In this document: in pieces, positions 22,300 through 35,289 of the stretch | How the letters are laid out: every line of letters begins with the position of its first letter | Position numbering within the stretch: position 1 is the stretch's first letter | Source: Hypanus sabinus | Lineage: Eukaryota | Length of the DNA: 64,000 bases | Assembly: GCF_030144855.1 (NCBI RefSeq) | Contig: NC_082709.1 | Span: forward strand, 140,306,001-140,370,000 | Direction: 5' to 3' | Notes under the pieces: generated by a model | Told to the model about the DNA's origin: nothing | What the model saw: the letters and a program-made list of their open reading frames with translations, nothing else | Databases searched by the model: none | Program-made: the position numbers and the translations under genes

Positions 22300-23900
22300 T
22301 TTGAATTATTAATTGAAATAACATATTGGCGAATTGTTTAAAAATGGTGCGTGATGGGGGTATTTCATCGTGAAATCCACTGCTGCCCAAAATCCATGAG
22401 CCACCCAAAAGTATACAGGAATGAAATCTTTGTTGACCAGCGGAATCGTTTAGCGACCCCTGTAACTCCAAGCCTTTTGCTTCCCGCGGTACAGACGTAA
22501 ATTAACTGTTCTACAGTTTGAAGTTGTGAACTAATAATGATAACGAAAGTATTGTTCAATGCTCCCTCAGAAGTAAGGAAGTTTTTAATGTGATCGGGTT
22601 TACGAACACACGCACACGTACTCACATTCCTCTATTGATGTAAGTTGAGAAAGGGGCGTGCACGTTACTTCCTTCGAGCAATTTAGTATTCATTTCGGGA
22701 ACTGAAGTAAAAGGCATGTGGGTGTCGGTAATTCTAACAGAGTGTGCGTAAACTGATTCTGGGCCAAATTCACTTTCAAAATAACTTCCCAATAAAGTGC
22801 AGACATCCAGCTGGCTGCGCTCAGTAGAAATAATTTTACGCGGAAAACTAGTTTTACCTTCTACGGCAAATTGGAACCGGATCTTCGAACCGCTTGACAA
22901 TCTACAGATGAAACTGCTTGCGCTCGCTCTGCTGGTCTTTCTGGCCGACGGTGAGAATCATAAAAGTTTTCATTAGCCCAGTATGTTCTGCCGAATGGCT
23001 TAACAGGGTAGGGAAATGGGTAATCGGGGTCTGCTGAGGTTGAGTTGGAAGGGAGGAATGTTAAAGAAAGTGGACTGGTAAGTAATATACAGCCTCACAA
23101 AGGCATGCAAAAAACAACGCGTTTGAATTGTTTGTTGCAAGCAGTTTAATTAAAAAGAATGCGACGGTGTAAAGAGCTGAAATAACAGTAAGTGTATTGA
23201 AAATAATGACTCAAACTGATGCATTCGACATCGGCTTGGCGATTTGTTTCTTTAAAGTGGAGTACGCCAATATATTTGTTCTGCCCTCTGTACCTGGTGC
23301 TCAATTTCGTTGTGGGAAGGTACGTATTCGAAAGGGAGAAGCATTTGCTGGGGCTCGGGGCGAGACCCTGAATGATATGCATTTCTGGAACGTATTACGA
23401 TAAGCATTTCTCTTAGTTTGCCGATTGTCGGGGTTCAGATGGGAGGTTGGACGTGTAGCTTCTTCTTGTCTGTTGCTCAATCGAGCTGATGGACAGAGCA
23501 AATAGGGAAAGTTCTGTCCCAGAATCAAGGTTGCCACAATTTCAGTCAAGTTGTAATGTGCAGGTAGTATTTGTGATTTCCAGATTATTGCTAAGTCGTT
23601 CACTGAAGGAAGTGAGCGAACGAGCCGTATACTAACAACTGCAAAGCTCCACTACCAGCACTGTGCTCCAACAGTAAAGACTTGGGAAAAATGTAATAGT
23701 TACAGTAAATCAAGAGTTATCACGTACTGAAGGCAGGTATTGCTTTCAGTGAACCAGTAGCGCCTTGCTGAGGGAAAGAGTCCCCGAGGATCAGTAAATC
23801 GAATCTGGTGCTGGGTTCCACTGAGACGCAGCGAGCTCTGCCGTCCAGTATAACTCTGAACTACTGACGGCTTACAACAACCACCTCAAAGCCGGGGGGC
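22300..23900. promoter_or_regulatory. CpG-rich island / probable promoter of the CD200-like gene
   Basis: CpG density is visibly high against a CpG-depleted window and the region spans exon 1. GC-box-like GGGGCGTG 22653-22660, ETS cores ACTTCC 22667-22672 and 22784-22789, IRF-like ATTCACTTTC 22768-22777. Confidence 0.6.
22908..22950 (+). CDS. CD200-like: Exon 1 (signal peptide) of CD200/OX-2-like gene
   Basis: ATG AAA CTG CTT GCG CTC GCT CTG CTG GTC TTT CTG GCC GAC G|gtgag encodes MKLLALALLVFLAD with a phase-1 donor. Splicing to 38655 completes an A-D-A signal-peptidase motif. It lies in the CpG-rich island. Confidence 0.85.
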
Positions 23901-23929
23901 GGGGAATAACACCAATATAGTTTTGCAAA

Positions 23930-24420
23930 ATACTTATAAATCCACCAGCAAGGTCCTCTCCTACTCTAATCTCTACAGCTCTGACTGCATTCCAGCAGTT
24001 CTGTTGGACAGGCTACACGATTGGCATGCCGACTACACTCTTTCTGAAACAAACACCCCAATCTACCATGGGAAGAAAGTGTTGGGTGCACAGTGGAAGG
24101 AATTCAATGGTGTTCTCAAGGACATCTCCTTGAAGAAATGCAACACTTCACTTGACCAATGACCACTTCTAGTTGAGAAGGACCATTCAGAATTATTTGA
24201 CAGGAGCAGCTGACAACCTGGTGAAAAAATAGCAGAAGGAGAGCATGGACATCAAACTATCCACCCATCCCAGTAAGCCCTTCCTGCAGAATCAGGAGGT
24301 CCCACAATGGCTTCATAGGCCATATTACATATCAGACCACAGGACCCTCAGAATTTGATCAGAAACAAGCCACCCGCACCCTGAAGGACTGCCTAGAAGA
24401 GAGATGCCATGCTTAGCAAG
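23930..24420 (+). mobile_element. RTE LINE 3' fragment
   Basis: Degenerate post-RT region comparable to 5300-5600 on the opposite strand. Confidence 0.55.
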
Positions 24421-24949
24421 ATTTTATGTTCATACCCTGAATGAAAACTAAGTGTAGTCCATCCCCAAAACTGCAATGCCTGTCCAGGAATTAGCAGTTT
24501 ACGGGCTTAAGGGGGAAGCACCAGGATTTTCATAGATGGGAAATGTTTGAAAATACTTTTTGGGGTTTGCAATTGGGAGTAACAATGGTCTGACTCCAAA
24601 CATTGCCTAAAATTTTGATATCTTTGTGATCTCACATTCAAGTGACTCATTCAACAACAGTATAACCACAAGCCTACATTACCAGACTAGGTTTTATATT
24701 ATTTTTCAAAGCTATCCTTGATAGAGTCACAGAGTCTTTGGCCCATCTTGTCCATGCTAAAACCATTTAAACTTCCTATTCCCATCAACCTGCACTGGGA
24801 CCATAGCCCTCGCTACCCCTACCATCCATGTACCTATCCAAACTTCTCTTAAACAATAAAATCGAGCTCACATGCCCTACGTGCACCGGCATATTCGTTT
24901 GATATCTCTAAGTTTTATACTGAAGCTTTATCGATGAAACCAGGCTTAT

Positions 24950-25440
24950 CACAAAAATTAAATAGATGGATGTATCAAGGTAACAAAAAAAAGCTTGTGT
25001 TGTACACCATTCGTACAGATCAATTTATGACAACAGTGCATTGAGATAAAGCCACAGCAGATTGCAGAATAAAGTGTAGCAATTACAGAGAAAGTCATGT
25101 GCAATTGGACAATAAAGTGCAAGGTTGTAAAGTAGATTGTGAGGTCAAACACCATTCTTATCATGGTAAGGAACTGTTCACTAGTTTTCTAACAGTGGGA
25201 TAGAAGCTTTCCTTGAGCCTAATGGTGTATGCTTTAAGGCTTTTGTATCTTCTACCTGATTGGAGTAATGAAAAGAGAGAATGTCTGAGGTTGATGTGTT
25301 GATCTTTATGCTGGCTTCTATATTGAGGCAGTGAGAAGTGTAGACAGAGTCCATTGAGGGGAAGCTGGTTTCTGTGATGTGCTGAGATATATGCATAGCC
25401 CTCTGCAGTTTCTTGCGGTCATGGACAGAGCCGTGTCAAA
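24950..25440 (-). mobile_element. Rex1/Babar 3' fragment
   Basis: ETSFPSMDSVYTSHCL...SIK Rex1 C-terminal motif plus 3' UTR. Confidence 0.7.
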
Positions 25441-25599
25441 CTACCTCTGATTTTAACTATGTGAAAATGAGATAACAATAAAACAGAACAGTGTATTAGG
25501 AATCTGTAATTAGCTTCTTAATAGATTTAAAGATTATATACTCAAATACATTCATAATTTATTTGTAGCTAAAACAATTGAGTATTCACATTTTGCAAA

Positions 25600-25925
25600 T
25601 AGGACTTTCAATCACTTGGAAAGACAGAATATTTAGGTGGGATCAGTATGGTTTTGTGTATGAGAAATCCTGCCTCACAAATCATATTTTTTGAGACTGA
25701 TGAATTTAAGGCAGTAAATGTTGCATACACAGAATTTTGACAAGGCCCGGCATGAATGGCTGGTCCAGAAAGTTGGGCAACGTGGATCCAGAATTAGTCT
25801 GGTAATGTTTATGATATCTTACTGACTGCAAGTGTGTAATCAGTGGTGTACCACAGGGTGTGTAGATTTACTGACTGAAAGTCACGAAGCAATGGTATAC
25901 CACAGGGTCAGTGCTGGGACCTGAA
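25600..25925 (+). mobile_element. CR1 RT fragment
   Basis: Degenerate HGF...SCLTN, FDKA and GVPQGSVLG-coding DNA. Confidence 0.65.
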
Positions 25926-27654
25926 ATTAACTTTCATTAATGTAGAGAGTATAATGAATTAAAGCTGGAACTACTGATGCTTAGAAAAGTAAAAAATGTT
26001 GTAGAAGTAACAACCTGTTTGGAAGAAGATAATGGTTGATGGTTAAGAAATAAATTTTCAATATTCAGTGCTTGTTAAGAAGCATAAGGGAAATAAAGCA
26101 GGAGAAGAGAATCAATATTCATCTGAAACAATTGAATTAGAATGGAATTGAATGGTGAAAATAGTACTACTTCAGTTGATAACATTTAAAGTGAAGGACT
26201 GAACTTACTTCAAAAGCATCTGATTGGAAACATTAAGGTAAAAGTGTAGCAAGTCATCATGACCCATTCTCAGTCAGTAGTTTTCACTTTTCTTGAAGGA
26301 AATTACTACTTTCGCACTCTCTGTAAAATTTGAGTCCACCCCCCACCCACATAGACACCTGATGTAGTCATGGGTCAGTCCTGACAAGAATTTGGACTGT
26401 CCCAGAGAACTACAGCAACTGTTGGCAGTGGGTAGGGCAGATGTCGTAACAGGTTCATTTTTAATTATTTCATGCTTGGTGAACTTTCTAACTAACTAAA
26501 TTACTTCAATAATATTAACATTTTTGGAACCATAGCAATATTTAGCAGACTCCCAAATTGGAAACTATTGTACGAGGGGGTTTCAGTCTTCCTCATGGGG
26601 ATCAAAATGCAAAATATGAGTGAGAAATTATTGCATCTGAGGGAGAATTTACTGAAATAATGAGACACTAATTTCTGGAATAGAATATTAAGGAACCACA
26701 ACGGGCTTTTACTTTCTTGAAAATGAGGTTGGAACAATAAGCAAAGTCAATGATATCTCACGTACAGTATAGTCCATAAAAATGATGGTAGACACCTGAA
26801 AAATCATTGCTTTATTTTAACAACTGATTTTAAGACATTATGCCAATAAAAGCAGAGATTCTACAGGAAGAGAAACATTTGAGACCAACTGCACAACAAA
26901 GCGATTCTTTTTCTTAAAATTTAACATTAGCTTCTTGTAATTTTTGTATTTCTAAACTGAATTCGGCCAGGTGCTTTGCTCCAAAAGCATGTTCTTTCTT
27001 ATATGGGATCAAAATATTAGTAAATTAACAGATTTTGAAGAAACTAAAAAATGAAATGTAAATGAGAAGTAGTTGTTGCAAATAGTTTAAGTTAATTTCA
27101 TATTGATCTAGAAAGCTGAAAATTACACAATTCAGTGTATGATTTTAAAAATCAATCATTTCTAAAATCCGAGAAATACATAAATTTTAATTATTTGATC
27201 AATTTCAGATTGCATTTGGGTATCAGTTCTGTCAGGAAACATAATTATCTGGGATGAAATTAGCAGTGATAAATGGCTTTTAGGTGAAAAGAGGGGGTGG
27301 AAAGTCATCTTCAGCCAACTGTAAAACTAACTATGAATGAATTAGCAATTTATGTAGCACTGGTTTTATTTTCTATTCACTAGAGAGAACTAGCGCATGA
27401 TAAAAGGGGAAATTTGCCCAAGAATAAGCATAATGGACAAGAATATTAAAGGTTAAAAAAGAAATGTCTTCTGTAAAGGAAAAAGTGGGTTGATGTGAAC
27501 TGGAAATTCACTTCCACAAAAAGTACACAACTAAGCAGACATTGTAAATTCATGGGGTAGATGACATGTGGAGTGCAAGAATAAATTTAATAGTGAAAGT
27601 CTATTTTTCTTTCTCTTTTATATTACAGTAGGTGAAAAGGAGAGATACTGATAA

Positions 27655-28880
27655 CTTCACCTTGCAGTAAAGAATATAGGAAAAATCAATGTATTTAGAT
27701 GTAAAACATCAAAAGATGCCTTTTGGTGGATTGTAAACGCTTCCCAATCATCCAACTTTCCACCTACTTTTGCTACCTTATATGCCCTTTCCTTTGCTAT
27801 TATGCAGTTCTTAATTCCTCTTGTCAGCCATGGTTGCCTATCCCTGCCATTCGAGAATTGCTTCTTCTGTGGGATATCTCTCTCCTGTGCCTTATGAACT
27901 TTTCCCAGAAACTTCAGCCATATCTGCTCTAGCATCATTCCCCACCCCTATCCTTCTCCAATCCAGCTGGGCAAGGTTCTCACTCATGCCTCTGTAATTC
28001 CCTTTATTCCATTGCGATACTGATACATGTAACTTATGCTACTCCCTCTCAAATTGCAGTATGAATTCAATCATATTATTAACACTACTCTTAAGTGTTC
28101 TTTTACATTGAGCTTCCTAATAAGATCTGGGTTATTATACAGCACCTAATCTAAGCCTTCCTCGAATAGGCACAAGCACAAGTTGCTCTAAAATGCCATC
28201 TTGTAGCGTTCAACAAATTCCTCTCTTGTGATCCGATACCAATCTGATTTTCCCAATCCCCTTGCATATTGAAGTCCCCTTTTACAATTGTGTCATTACC
28301 CTTATTATATGCCTTTTCCGGCTCCCATTGCAGTCGCAACCCCACATCTTGGTTACTATTTGGAGGCCTATATATGATTCCCATAATGGATTTTTCACCT
28401 TTGCAGTTTCTTAAGTCCATCCACAAACCTTTGACATTCTCTGACCCTATATCACCTCTTTCTAAAGATATAATTCCATCTCTTACCAACAGAACCACAC
28501 CACCACCTTTGACCTCCTGCCAGTCCTTTTGTTACAAAGTATATCCATTGATGTTAAGCTCCCAACAATGGCCTTCTGTCAGCCACAATTGATGCCCACA
28601 ACATCATACCAACCAATCTCTAATTGCTCCACAAGTTCTTCCACCGTACACCAAATGCTAAGCACATTTTAATATAGTACCTTCAGTACTGCATTTGTTG
28701 GCCTTTTGAATTTTGCCTCTGTTGTCCAATTTAACTCTTTGCTCTGTCTGCAATTGTCCCCAATCATTGACATGTCCTTCCTTACATTCATGTTACATCC
28801 ATCATCTACTTGTAAACCTGCAGGCTCCTCCTCAGCTCTATCATCCTGATTCCCATCCCCCAGCCATATTAGATTAAACC
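27655..28880 (-). mobile_element. CR1 endonuclease / ORF1-ORF2 junction fragment
   Basis: GIIYRPPN and KGDFNMQGDW APE motifs. Confidence 0.85.
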
Positions 28881-29699
28881 AGTACATATGGCAAACAAAG
28901 AATTGTTGAAACTTATTCTGTTGTTATGCTCTGATGTTATACAAAGTCCATAAAAATTACAGCAATGGCAATAGGGTCAATCCATTTGAAATCAGTTTTA
29001 AAACTTACAGTGTAGGAAGATATAAAGCAGCTGCAATGAATTAAATGAGCAATAAACTCTGTAGTTTGCTGTAGGTCACATTCAGGCTCCCAGTTCAGCA
29101 CAAGATTAGGTTCACAAATGAACCATAATAGGAAAGACCATAAGGAAATAGGATGGGTAGGGCAGCATTTGCTCACTGAAGAAAATTAATGTATATGTTG
29201 AATGATTACACATCAAATATACCATGTCAAAATATTGATCCAAGGGCAACCATTGATACATCAACTTGAAAATTCTGCTCCATTAATGTTGCCCTGAAGC
29301 AAGCTATCAACCTTGAGACAATGCAGTTGAAACCAACCTTTGTCATTGATTCTTGCCAAATGCAGGCAACGGGACGAGAAGGGAGGATGCTGGGCTCAGC
29401 ATGACCATTTAGGCTGAACGTTCCGTTTTTATTCTGTATTACACTATGACTTCAATGTACATCAAAGTTATGTGAAAGCTGGTTAGGAGAAGGTAAAACC
29501 AAGGTACTATGGCCTGAAACATTGACTGCTTACTCTCCTCCATAGATATGGCCTAACTTGCTGAGTTCCTCCAGCATTTTCTGCGTGTTTCTCAAGATTT
29601 CTGGCATCTGCAGAATGTGTGGTGTTTCTGAGCAATGCTGCGAATTTTATTGAGGCATATCAGAAAGCTTGTTTGGAAGTTTTACAATACAGAGATGTG

Positions 29700-30200
29700 A
29701 CTGACGAAGATACATCAAGGCAACATTGGGAAGATAGTGTTGATGCAGTTACCATGTGATTAGAGCAGTAAAGTCAGAGCCCCAAGAAAGTGTAAGTAGG
29801 CAGCTGGGGACAGGACAGGCAGAGAGCTGCAAAAAGTATGATGCCACTAAATGTGGAGACCCAGTGAAGTCAGGCCAACCATCAGAAAGATGCTGAATAT
29901 GACAGAGATCAGCAGTGATTCCACCCTCCTCATCATGCATCAAATGCATTCGCAATGAAGATGGCGTTCCTTTATCAGTGGAACAAATACAGAGCCAACA
30001 ACCCAAATATCCAGACGACCTTGTGCTATGAGGCAGACAAATGTTTTAGACTTGCATCTTTACTTTTTGTTTTTCTCTGTTCAAGCAGGGGTGTAACATG
30101 TGGAATATTATGAGACATTAAGAAATTTAAGCGTGACTAACTGCAGGTTACCTACGTGCTTCATTCCAGAAGCTATCAGAGAAACTGAGTGTTTATGTCA
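29700..30200 (+). mobile_element. Rex1/Babar fragment
   Basis: Degenerate pre-RT region joined to the 3' end (RLPTCFIPEAIR). Confidence 0.5.
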
Positions 30201-30819
30201 AGAACATTGTCATTTCCTTTCTATAAATAAAGTACAAGTGTTTGTTAGTTTAAATTGCTGGCTATCCTCCGGTATTCTCTAAATGAGAAGATTTGAAAGT
30301 ACCAAGAAATTGTGGTACTTTCAGACAGAAAGGATTGAGAACAGAACAACAATGTACAATCAGAAAAGCGGAAAGCCGCTTTTGGGGGGATAATTCTTGC
30401 CTCTCAGATGGGAAGCCAGTGAATTCACTTCTGAGATAAACAGAATCAAAGAGAATTTCATAAACTTCCATAATATTTTAGAAGCAAGGGGGGAGCTAGG
30501 AAAAGAGAAAGTCACCTTGGGGGCTAACTGGAAGTCCTTGTGAAGGACCAGCAGATATGTATGGTGTCCTGAATGGATACTTTGTACTAGTGTTAAGCAT
30601 CGTGGAGAGAATGAAAAGTTGAGAATGGTAGCTAATGTTGTTCCATATTCAAGAATGATGATGGGGGCCTTATGTCATTTTATGTGCATTGGTTATACAA
30701 TCAAGACTTCCGATAAATCTGAAACCTATTATTGTACTCAGCAATGGTCTTTTCATGATTACACAAGCAAAACAATTTCCAGTTTCCTGAGCATAAGTTT
30801 CTACAAATGTTAAGGGAAC

Positions 30820-32826
30820 TGGAGATGCAGTTCAATGACCCTCGCTTGGTAAGGGAGAGCGAGGAGGTGATAGAGAGGAGGTGGTCACACCGGGGCCATG
30901 GGAGACAGACAAGTGGGTCATAGCCAGGAGGGGGAAGGGGAAGAGTCAGGTACTAGAGAGTACTCCTGTGAATGTACCCCTTGACAATAAGTACTCCTGT
31001 TTGAGTACTGTTGGGGAGGGACGGCCTACCTGGGGGAAGCGACAGTGGCAGTGCCTCTGGCACAGAGTCCAGCCCTGTGGCTCAGAAGTGTAGGGAAAGG
31101 AAGGGGAAGGCTGTAGTGATAGGGAACTCTATAGTTACCTGTGGACACAGGAAAGAAACTCAGATGGTAGTTTGCCTCCCAGGTGCCCGGGTCCGGGATG
31201 TTTCAGATGGTGTCTAAGATATCCTGCAGTGGGAGGGAGAACAGCCAGAGGTCGTGGTACATATTGGTACCAACGACATAGGTAGGAAAAGGGAAGGAGT
31301 CCTGAAAAAAGACTACAGGGAGTTAGGAAGGAAGTTGAGAAGCAGGACTGCAAAGGTAGTAATCTCAGGATTACTGCCTGTGCCACGCAACAGTAAGTGT
31401 AGGTATAGAATGAGGTGGAGGATAAATGTGTGGCTGAGGGATAGGAGCATGGGGTAGGGATTCAGATTTCTGAACCATTGGGACCTCTTTTGGGGCAGGT
31501 GTGACCTGTACAAAAAGGACAGGTTGCACTTGAATCCTAGGGGGACCAATATCCTGGCAGGGAGGTTTGCTAAGGCTACTGGGGAAAGCTTAACCTAGAA
31601 CTGTTGGGGGTTGGGAACCAATCTGAAGAGACTGGGGAAGAGGAGGTTAGCTCACAAATAGCGAAAGCTTGCAGACAGTGCAAGAGGGAGGATAGGCAGG
31701 TGATAGAGAAGGGATGCGCTCAGACTGAAGGCTTGAGATGCGTCTATTTTAACGCAAGGTGTGTTGTGAACAAAACTGATGAGCTTAGAGCATGGATCAG
31801 TACTTATGATGTGGTCAGACAAGTTAGAAAAGCGTTTAATTGGAGTAAGGGGAATTATGAGCTATCAGGCAAGAAATTAGAAGCTTAAATTGGGAACAGA
31901 TGTTCTCGGGGAAAAGAACAGAAGAAATGTGGCAAATGTTCAGGGGATATTTATGTGGAGTTCTGCATAGGTATGTTCCAATGAGACAGGGAAGTTATGG
32001 TAGGGTGCAGGAACCGTGGTGTACAAAGGCTGCAATAAATCTAGTCAAGAAGAAAAGAAAAGCTTACAAAAGGTTCAGAGAGCCAGGTAATGTTAGAGAT
32101 CTAGAAGATTATAAGGCTAACAGGAAGGAGCTGAAGAAGGGAATTAGGAGAACCAGAAGGGGCCATGAGAAGGCCTTGGTGGGCAGGATTAAGGAAAAGC
32201 CCAAGGCATTCTTCAAGTATGTGAAGAGCAAGAGGATAAGACATGAAAGAATAGGACCTATCAAATATGACAGTGGAAATGTGTGTATGGAACCAGAGCA
32301 AATAGCAGAGGTATTTAATGAATACTTTACTTCAGTATTCACTATGGAAAAAGATCTTGGTGATTATAGTGATGATTTGCAGCAGACTGAAAAGCCAGGG
32401 CATGTAGATATTAAGAAAGAAGATGTGCTGGAGTTTTTGGAAAGCATCAAGTTGGATAAATGACTGGTACCAGATGAGATGTACCCCAGGCAACTGTGGG
32501 GGGCAAGGGAGGAGATTGCTGAGCCTCTGGTGATGATCTTTGCATCATCAATGGGGACGGGAGAGGTTCCAGAGGATTGGAGGGTTGCGGATGGTTGTTC
32601 CTTTATTCAAGAAAGGGAGTAGAGATAGCCCAGGAAATTATAGTCCAGTGAGTCTTACCTCAGTGTTTGGTAAGTTGATGGAGAAGATCCTGAGAGGTAG
32701 GATTTATGAACATTTGGAGAGGTATAATATGATTAGGAATAGTCAGCATGGCTTTGTCAAGGGCAGGTCCTGCCTTATGAGCCTGATTGAATTTTTTGAG
32801 GATGTAACTAAACACATTGATGAAGG
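30820..32826 (+). mobile_element. CR1 LINE with SGNH-esterase ORF1 and internally deleted ORF2
   Basis: VVIGNSIV, CLPGARVRDV, VVHIGTNDIG and LHLN.RG (esterase); YFNAR start of APE; RT up to SCLMSLIEFFEDVTKHIDEG. Confidence 0.92.
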
Positions 32827-33770
32827 TTAGGTGGAAGAGATAAAGGGCTGTAGAAGGAATCTAATATGAAAGGACAGTGGATCATGGAAGAAAGGGAAGG
32901 AGGAAGGGAACCAAAGGGAAGTGATGGGCAACTGAGGAGAAGGGGTGAAAGTGTAGCCAGAGTGGGGAATAGAAGGTGGGATGGGGCAGAGATTACTAAA
33001 AACTGAGTTTGGCCTAATCACTCAGGGCTACACCTGGTCCTACACCTCCTCCCTCACCACCATTCAGGATCCAAATGATCCGTCCAGGTGTGGCAGTACA
33101 TCATCTGTAAGTCTGTCAGGGTCATCTATTGTATCCATTGCTCCCAGCATGGCCTCCTTTACATCAGTGACACAGACTGGGGGACTGCTTTGTCAAGCAT
33201 CTTTACTCTGTTAGCCGCAAAAGGCAGGATTTGCAGGTGGCCCTCCATTTCAATTCAACTTCCCATTCCCATTCGAACTTCTCTGTTCATGGCCTCCTGT
33301 ACTGCAACAAAAGGGCCACACTCAAGTTGGAGGAGCAAGTAGCCTCCAACCTGATAGCATAAACATTGATTTCTTCAACTTCTGGCAGTCTCTCCCCCCT
33401 CCCCTTCTCTCTTTCTCGATTCCCCACTTTGGCTACCCTCTCACCTGCCCATCACCTCCCTCTGGTTCCCCTCCTTCCTTTTCCTCCAAGATCTACTGTA
33501 CTGTCCTATCACATTCCTTCTTCTTTGGCCCCTTGCCTCCTCCCACCTATCCCCTCCCTGCTTCTTACTTCATCCACCCTCCCCAACCCACCCGCCTTCC
33601 CCCTCGCCTGGTCTTACCTTCCACCTGCCAGCATGTATTCTCCTTCACTGCCCCCCCCCCTCCACTTTCTAATCTGGCTTCTGACCCCTTTCTTTCCAAT
33701 CACAATCAAGTTATCAGCCCAAAGTGCTGATTGTTTACCCATCTCCATAGATGGGGCCTGACCTGTGGAT
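32827..33770 (+). mobile_element. Penelope-like element 3' end (GIY-YIG) with inverted upstream tail copy
   Basis: VIYCIHCSQHGLLYISDT and NIDFFNF at 33030-33385; pyrimidine-rich tail to ~33770; 32827-33007 is a reverse-complement homolog of the tail. Confidence 0.85.
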
Positions 33771-33826
33771 ACAGGGTGGGATAGGTCTTACTGGCCCTTC
33801 TAGTTGCACTGCCTTGCAAACTCTGA

Positions 33827-34327
33827 CAGAAATCCCACCCTGCAAAAACTCATTTCAGGGAGGTAGCACCATCAATTTGCGGGAGATTCCCAGAATTTCT
33901 GGGAGAGGTGGGATGTCTGCAATACAGTAGCTCCTTAGCAGCTAGCCAGCTAGTTGAAATAACGTTAACTATGCTATAGAACGAATGATACCTGTTAATC
34001 TCACCTCAACATGTCTTTTACATTTTAACCCACCATGGGCAATAGAAAAGTCACTGTTGCAAACAGTGCAGTGAGCAACACTGCCATTATTTTTGACCCC
34101 TATTAGGCAGGGGTACACTTTAGTGTAGTCTGGGATGAGCAACGTTTTTTATTTTCCTTTTTTGGAACACTCTGCCATGGTGGGTTTTTTTCTCTCTCCC
34201 CCTCTCCCCCCTCACTCACTCTCAAACAAACAGATTTCTGGGATATTGTACATAATTTGTAGGCGTCAGGGAGCCACTATCAATATGCGGGAGACTCCCG
34301 GAACTTCTGGGAGAGGTGGGATGTCTG
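33827..34327. mobile_element. Non-autonomous DNA transposon (MITE) with 13-bp TIRs
   Basis: CAGAAATCCCACC ... GGTGGGATGTCTG (12/13 match); ~60-bp internal direct repeat 33857-33919 ~ 34267-34327. Confidence 0.75.
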
Positions 34328-34339
34328 CCCTGACAACCA

Positions 34340-34562
34340 GATTTAATCCTAACCTAATCACAGGACAATTTACAATGACCACTGAACCTACTAATCAGTA
34401 CGTGTTTGGGCTGTGGGAAGAAATGGGAGCAGCTGGAGAAAACCCATGCATTCCACAAGAATGTGGACATAAAGATTCCTTACGGAGGATGCCAGGATTG
34501 AACTGTAATCTCTGACACCCAGAGCTGTAGAGCATCGCACTAACTGCTGTGCCACCGTGGCT
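34340..34562 (-). mobile_element. tRNA-derived SINE
   Basis: A box TGGCACAGCAGTTAG and B box GTTCAATCC on the minus strand, followed by a vertebrate-SINE-like core. Confidence 0.8.
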
Positions 34563-35289
34563 CTGTGGTTCCTCCAGCATTTTTGTATGTGTTCCAACTT
34601 CCTAGTTTAGACTTACATTGAAATGTCAATAAAGCTTCCATTTTATAAATATTTGTGTGAAACGAAATCTTTCTTAGGATGCTTCATCTAAATCTACTCT
34701 ATGTTGTTGGAAGTGGAGTATATTATGGTCCTTCTAAATGAATTTTATTGTAAGAACCTAAATACAAATTCAAAACTTCCCACAAAATTCAAAATACCAA
34801 GGCACCATTAACTAAATGGGCAAGTGATAAATTTGGGTCGGCTGCCAGTTCTATAGATCTCCAGTTTGTGCCGCAGCAGAGGTATTTGTAACATCCCCTA
34901 TGCACTTTGAAGTGATCATCAAAATTGTGTGGAAACCCATATAGAAAAGAAGTTACTTGCTATGCCGACTGACCTCATGACCCAGTACCTCTACAACAGG
35001 AACAGGTCTTTTGTTCTAGTTATTTGTTCGTGAGATGTAAAGAAACTGGTAAAGCTAACATTTAGTCTCCATCCCTAGTTGAAGTCAACACAGGAGAAAG
35101 TTAGTCAGACTGAAATCACACATGCTGATCAGTAACAAGTAGGCAGGGGTTCTTTACCTTAAGTGCACGAGTAACTTCATGCTAACCATTAATAATTATA
35201 GCTTTAGTAAATTACATTTTACTTCGCAGCTGATGTGTTGGAGCTCAAACTTGTGTTCTTGAGTCACTGTCTAGGCCTGTGGAAGCTAG

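Noticed and set aside
34340-34562. A/B boxes as a tRNA gene
   Set aside because: No cloverleaf, and the boxes continue into a SINE core and tail.
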